DNA of 10,944 nt, from assembly GCA_031366795.1 (NCBI GenBank), contig JANLOX010000008.1, positions 1 through 10,944 on the forward strand, in the 5' to 3' direction. This DNA is from Candidatus Eiseniibacteriota bacterium. Its GTDB lineage: Bacteria; Eisenbacteria; RBG-16-71-46. Position numbers and translations under genes: made by a program. Positions 8,941-10,944 of the stretch are shown one piece after another (the first letter of the stretch is position 1; each line of letters begins with the position of its first letter). Below the pieces are notes generated by a model. The model ran no database searches. It worked only from the letters and a program-made list of their open reading frames with translations, and had not been told where the DNA came from.

Positions 8941-9048
8941 TTTCCTGTCGACGGAGCGGGGGCGTTGGTGGCTTCGTGCTTTCCCGGCTTCCGTCTGGGG
9001 GCTTCCTTTTCGGTTTGCACCTCCCGCAGAAGCGCCTTGGAGAACATC

Positions 9049-9333
9049 TTGGTAGATCTCGTGAGCTCCCGTAGAGATGAGATTCTTTCCGTTGCCCGGC
9101 GACATGGCGTCACGCGGGTTAGGGTATTCGGTTCGATGGCTCGCGGCGACGCAGGGCCAGCGAGCGACGTGGACCTGCTAGTAGACGTCGGGCCACGGAC
9201 CAGCGCGTGGTTCCCCGGCGGCCTGGTGGCAGAGCTGGAGCTGCTCCTGAAGCGGCGTGTTCAAGTCATTACGGAGAACGGCCTGGATCAACTTCTCCGC
9301 GATCGCGTGCTCAGTGAAGCCGTTCCGCTGTGA
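9049..9333 (+). CDS. mntA: Minimal nucleotidyltransferase (MNT) antitoxin, MntA-like, about 94 aa
   Basis: RRDEILSVARRHGVTRVRVFGSMARGDAGPASDVDLLV contains GS-X10-DXD, and the protein ends in the typical VLSEAVPL. The start is probably TTG 9049 (GGAG at 9039-9042); TTG 9037 and GTG 9061 are alternatives. This is the C-terminal end of ORF 7774..9333 in the track. Confidence 0.9.
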   Translation: MVDLVSSRRDEILSVARRHGVTRVRVFGSMARGDAGPASDVDLLVDVGPRTSAWFPGGLVAELELLLKRRVQVITENGLDQLLRDRVLSEAVPL

Positions 9334-9674
9334 AAGACGAGAAGGTCTATGTTGCCCATATCCTGCGATGCATCTCCAAAATTGAGGAGTACGTCGCGGG
9401 CGGGAGTGAAGTCTTTTCCTCCTCCTCGCTCGTACAGGATGCGGTACTTCGCAATCTCCAGACGTTGGCTGAATCCACGCAGCGCCTGAGTTCCGCATCC
9501 AAGAGTCGACGGCCTGAGGTCGATTGGGCGGCGCTGGCCGGCCTTCGCAATGTTCTCGTGCACGCCTATCTGGGCGTCGATCTCACCCAGGTCCAGGAAG
9601 CGATTGAGCAGGACATGCCGGAGCTTAAGGCTGCCTGCGTGGCAATCCTCGCGGAGTTGGACAACACTCCCTGA
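9330..9674 (+). CDS. hepT: HEPN (DUF86) RNase toxin, HepT-like, 114 aa
   Basis: DAVLRNLQTLAESTQRLS and PEVDWAALAGLRNVLVHAYLGVD, with an intact R-X4-H-X-Y motif. GTGA overlap with the MNT gene. Confidence 0.92.
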   Translation: MKDEKVYVAHILRCISKIEEYVAGGSEVFSSSSLVQDAVLRNLQTLAESTQRLSSASKSRRPEVDWAALAGLRNVLVHAYLGVDLTQVQEAIEQDMPELKAACVAILAELDNTP

Positions 9675-9687
9675 TCTGCGCCGACGC

Positions 9688-9727
9688 GAAAACAGCCGCC
9701 CTGGGATCGCTCCCGGGCGGCCGGTTT
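9688..9727 (-). terminator. Intrinsic terminator for the lipoprotein gene, possibly bidirectional
   Basis: The minus strand reads GCCGCCCGGGA-GCGA-TCCC(A)GGGCGGC-TGTTTTC: an 11-bp stem with one bulge (9695-9721), a GNRA tetraloop and a U-rich tail. On the plus strand it is followed by the weaker CGGTTT. It lies between convergent genes. Confidence 0.75.
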
Positions 9728-9751
9728 GCTGTGCTTGGGTTACGGCTTGTT

Positions 9752-10357
9752 TCAGGCAGCCGGCTTGAGCGAGGCCGGAACTTCGATGCCCAGCGTGGTC
9801 ATCGCGGAGACCAGGGCCGCCTTCAGCGTGCCGACCTTCGCCATGGCATCCGACATGTTGCCGGACGTGGCCGACGCTTGGGCATCGGCCCACGTCTTCT
9901 TCATGTCTTCGACCGAGGTCTTGACGGCCGCGAACGCCGGCACGTCCAGCCCGGCCGGAAGCTTCTTGCTCTTCGACAGCTCGTCGACCTTCGCCTGAAC
10001 CGACTCGACCGCCTTCGGCAGCTCGGCGCTCATCGTATCCCACGACGTCTTCATCTCGCCGGCCTTCGCCGTAGCGGCATCGGACAGCGCCTTGATCTCG
10101 GCCGGCAGCGTCTTTGCCGTTTCCGTGGCTTCCTTGTACTTGCCATCCGCAATGTTGGTGCGCGCGCCGGCAATTTCATCGGCGATCTTCTGCGTATCTT
10201 CCGGCATCACCTTGGCGGACGATTCTTTCACCGCGTCGAACGCCGTCGAGGCCGAATCAACCGCCGCCGTCGCCGCCGTCTTGCCGCTGCAACCCATCGA
10301 AGTCAACGTGGCACCCATCAACATCAGCACTGCAAACCCGGTCATGACACGACGCAT
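9752..10357 (-). CDS. Alpha-helical lipoprotein of unknown function, 201 aa
   Basis: Strong SD AAGGAGGA upstream of ATG 10357. Signal peptide MRRVMTGFAVLMLMGATLTSMG-C with a lipobox-like Cys23. The mature region is A/K/T/S-rich and amphipathic helical, codons are GC3-rich, and a terminator follows. Confidence 0.85.
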   Translation of the reverse strand: MRRVMTGFAVLMLMGATLTSMGCSGKTAATAAVDSASTAFDAVKESSAKVMPEDTQKIADEIAGARTNIADGKYKEATETAKTLPAEIKALSDAATAKAGEMKTSWDTMSAELPKAVESVQAKVDELSKSKKLPAGLDVPAFAAVKTSVEDMKKTWADAQASATSGNMSDAMAKVGTLKAALVSAMTTLGIEVPASLKPAA

Positions 10358-10484
10358 CTTGCATCCTCCTTAAAATATTCCCTCGCAGCGGCCTTCGGGC
10401 TGCGCTCCATGCGCGCCCTGAAGCTGCGTGGCTGGGTTGAGCGATTCAAGCTTGCGAGGCCCCCAGCCCCGGCCCCGCGCGAGA

Positions 10485-10944
10485 TTAGCGACGGAAGTTC
10501 CAGCCCACGATAGCCTTGAGTGAAGGCAGGTCGCCGAGCCCGAGCTTGAGCTCGGTGAAAAATTGCGAATTTGATTTGGTCGGCACGGTGGCGCCGAAGA
10601 TGAAGTTGCCACCCACGAACGTGTCGGAACCGTCACTGCGCGGCGCCACGTGATCGATCGACTGGAAGTCGATGCCCAGCCCGAACCCGGCGTACGGCAC
10701 CCAATCGGTGTCGCGCATCTTGAAGCGGTTGTGGAAGTCCATGTTCAAGTCGATGTTCGTCTGGTGATCACCGACACCGATTTCAGCGCCGGGCGAGAAC
10801 ACGACCTGCGGTGCGATCTCGGCAAATGTCATCTGGCCACCCAGGACCAACTGGTCGGGGCTCAGGCTGAAGCCAACGTGCGGGCCAATGCTCTCCGTCG
10901 ACACCGCGGCGTGCGCCGCCATGGGCAGCACGATGCAGGCGAAC
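10485..10944 (-). CDS. Small outer-membrane beta-barrel protein (OmpA/OmpW-like transmembrane domain), partial at the 5' end
   Basis: The frame is open to the right edge, giving a partial signal peptide ...FACIVLPMAAHA-AVS. Alternating beta-strands follow: IGPHVGFS, LVLGGQMT, IDLNMDFH, WVPYAGFGLGIDF, VGGNFIFGA, FFTELKLG and LKAIVGWNF. Confidence 0.8.
   Translation of the reverse strand, partial: FACIVLPMAAHAAVSTESIGPHVGFSLSPDQLVLGGQMTFAEIAPQVVFSPGAEIGVGDHQTNIDLNMDFHNRFKMRDTDWVPYAGFGLGIDFQSIDHVAPRSDGSDTFVGGNFIFGATVPTKSNSQFFTELKLGLGDLPSLKAIVGWNFRR

Noticed and set aside
8945..9040. Possible c-di-GMP-I riboswitch, SRP RNA or tRNA remnant (GCAAACC and GGAAGC on the minus strand)
   Set aside because: Only short fragments match. 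The paired elements and other conserved motifs are missing, and the orientation is opposite to the downstream genes.
7774..9048. Apparent 519-aa ORF giving the MNT a long N-terminal fusion
   Set aside because: It is an Arg-rich alternative frame inside dsbD. Only the last 94 or so residues have MNT motifs, and these have their own SD and promoter candidate.
10384..10430. Possible FMN or fluoride riboswitch (CTTCAGGGCG and ATGGAG on the minus strand)
   Set aside because: The rest of the aptamer consensus is absent and the downstream gene is unrelated to either ligand.
1..10944. CRISPR array, rRNA/tRNA, transposase or integrase
   Set aside because: No regularly spaced repeats, cloverleaf or recombinase motifs were seen, and nearly all of the sequence is accounted for by protein-coding genes.

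Overview
GC-rich bacterial window, probably from a diderm organism given the DsbD, lipoprotein and outer-membrane beta-barrel genes. From left to right: (1) a membrane-anchored TPR-like gene on the minus strand that runs off the left edge and is missing from the ORF track; (2) a divergent, translationally coupled pair of an Mre11/SbcD-type metallophosphoesterase nuclease and a 963-aa Rad50/SMC-like ABC-ATPase of the YhaO/YhaN (SbcE) type; (3) a second coupled pair of a YyaL/SPATA20-family thioredoxin-domain protein and a complete DsbD; (4) an MNT-HEPN (MntA-HepT-like) toxin-antitoxin cassette with its own promoter candidate; (5) a terminator, then a convergent helical lipoprotein and a 5'-truncated outer-membrane beta-barrel gene. 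The most striking observation is that the Rad50-like ATPase has no zinc hook and instead carries a two-helix transmembrane hairpin at its midpoint, the expected coiled-coil apex. Other points of interest are the YyaL-DsbD coupling, a Gln at the usual third-aspartate position of the MNT antitoxin, and GGA-loop hairpins in two leaders. No rRNA, tRNA, CRISPR array or transposase was seen. All calls come from reading motifs by eye, with no database search.
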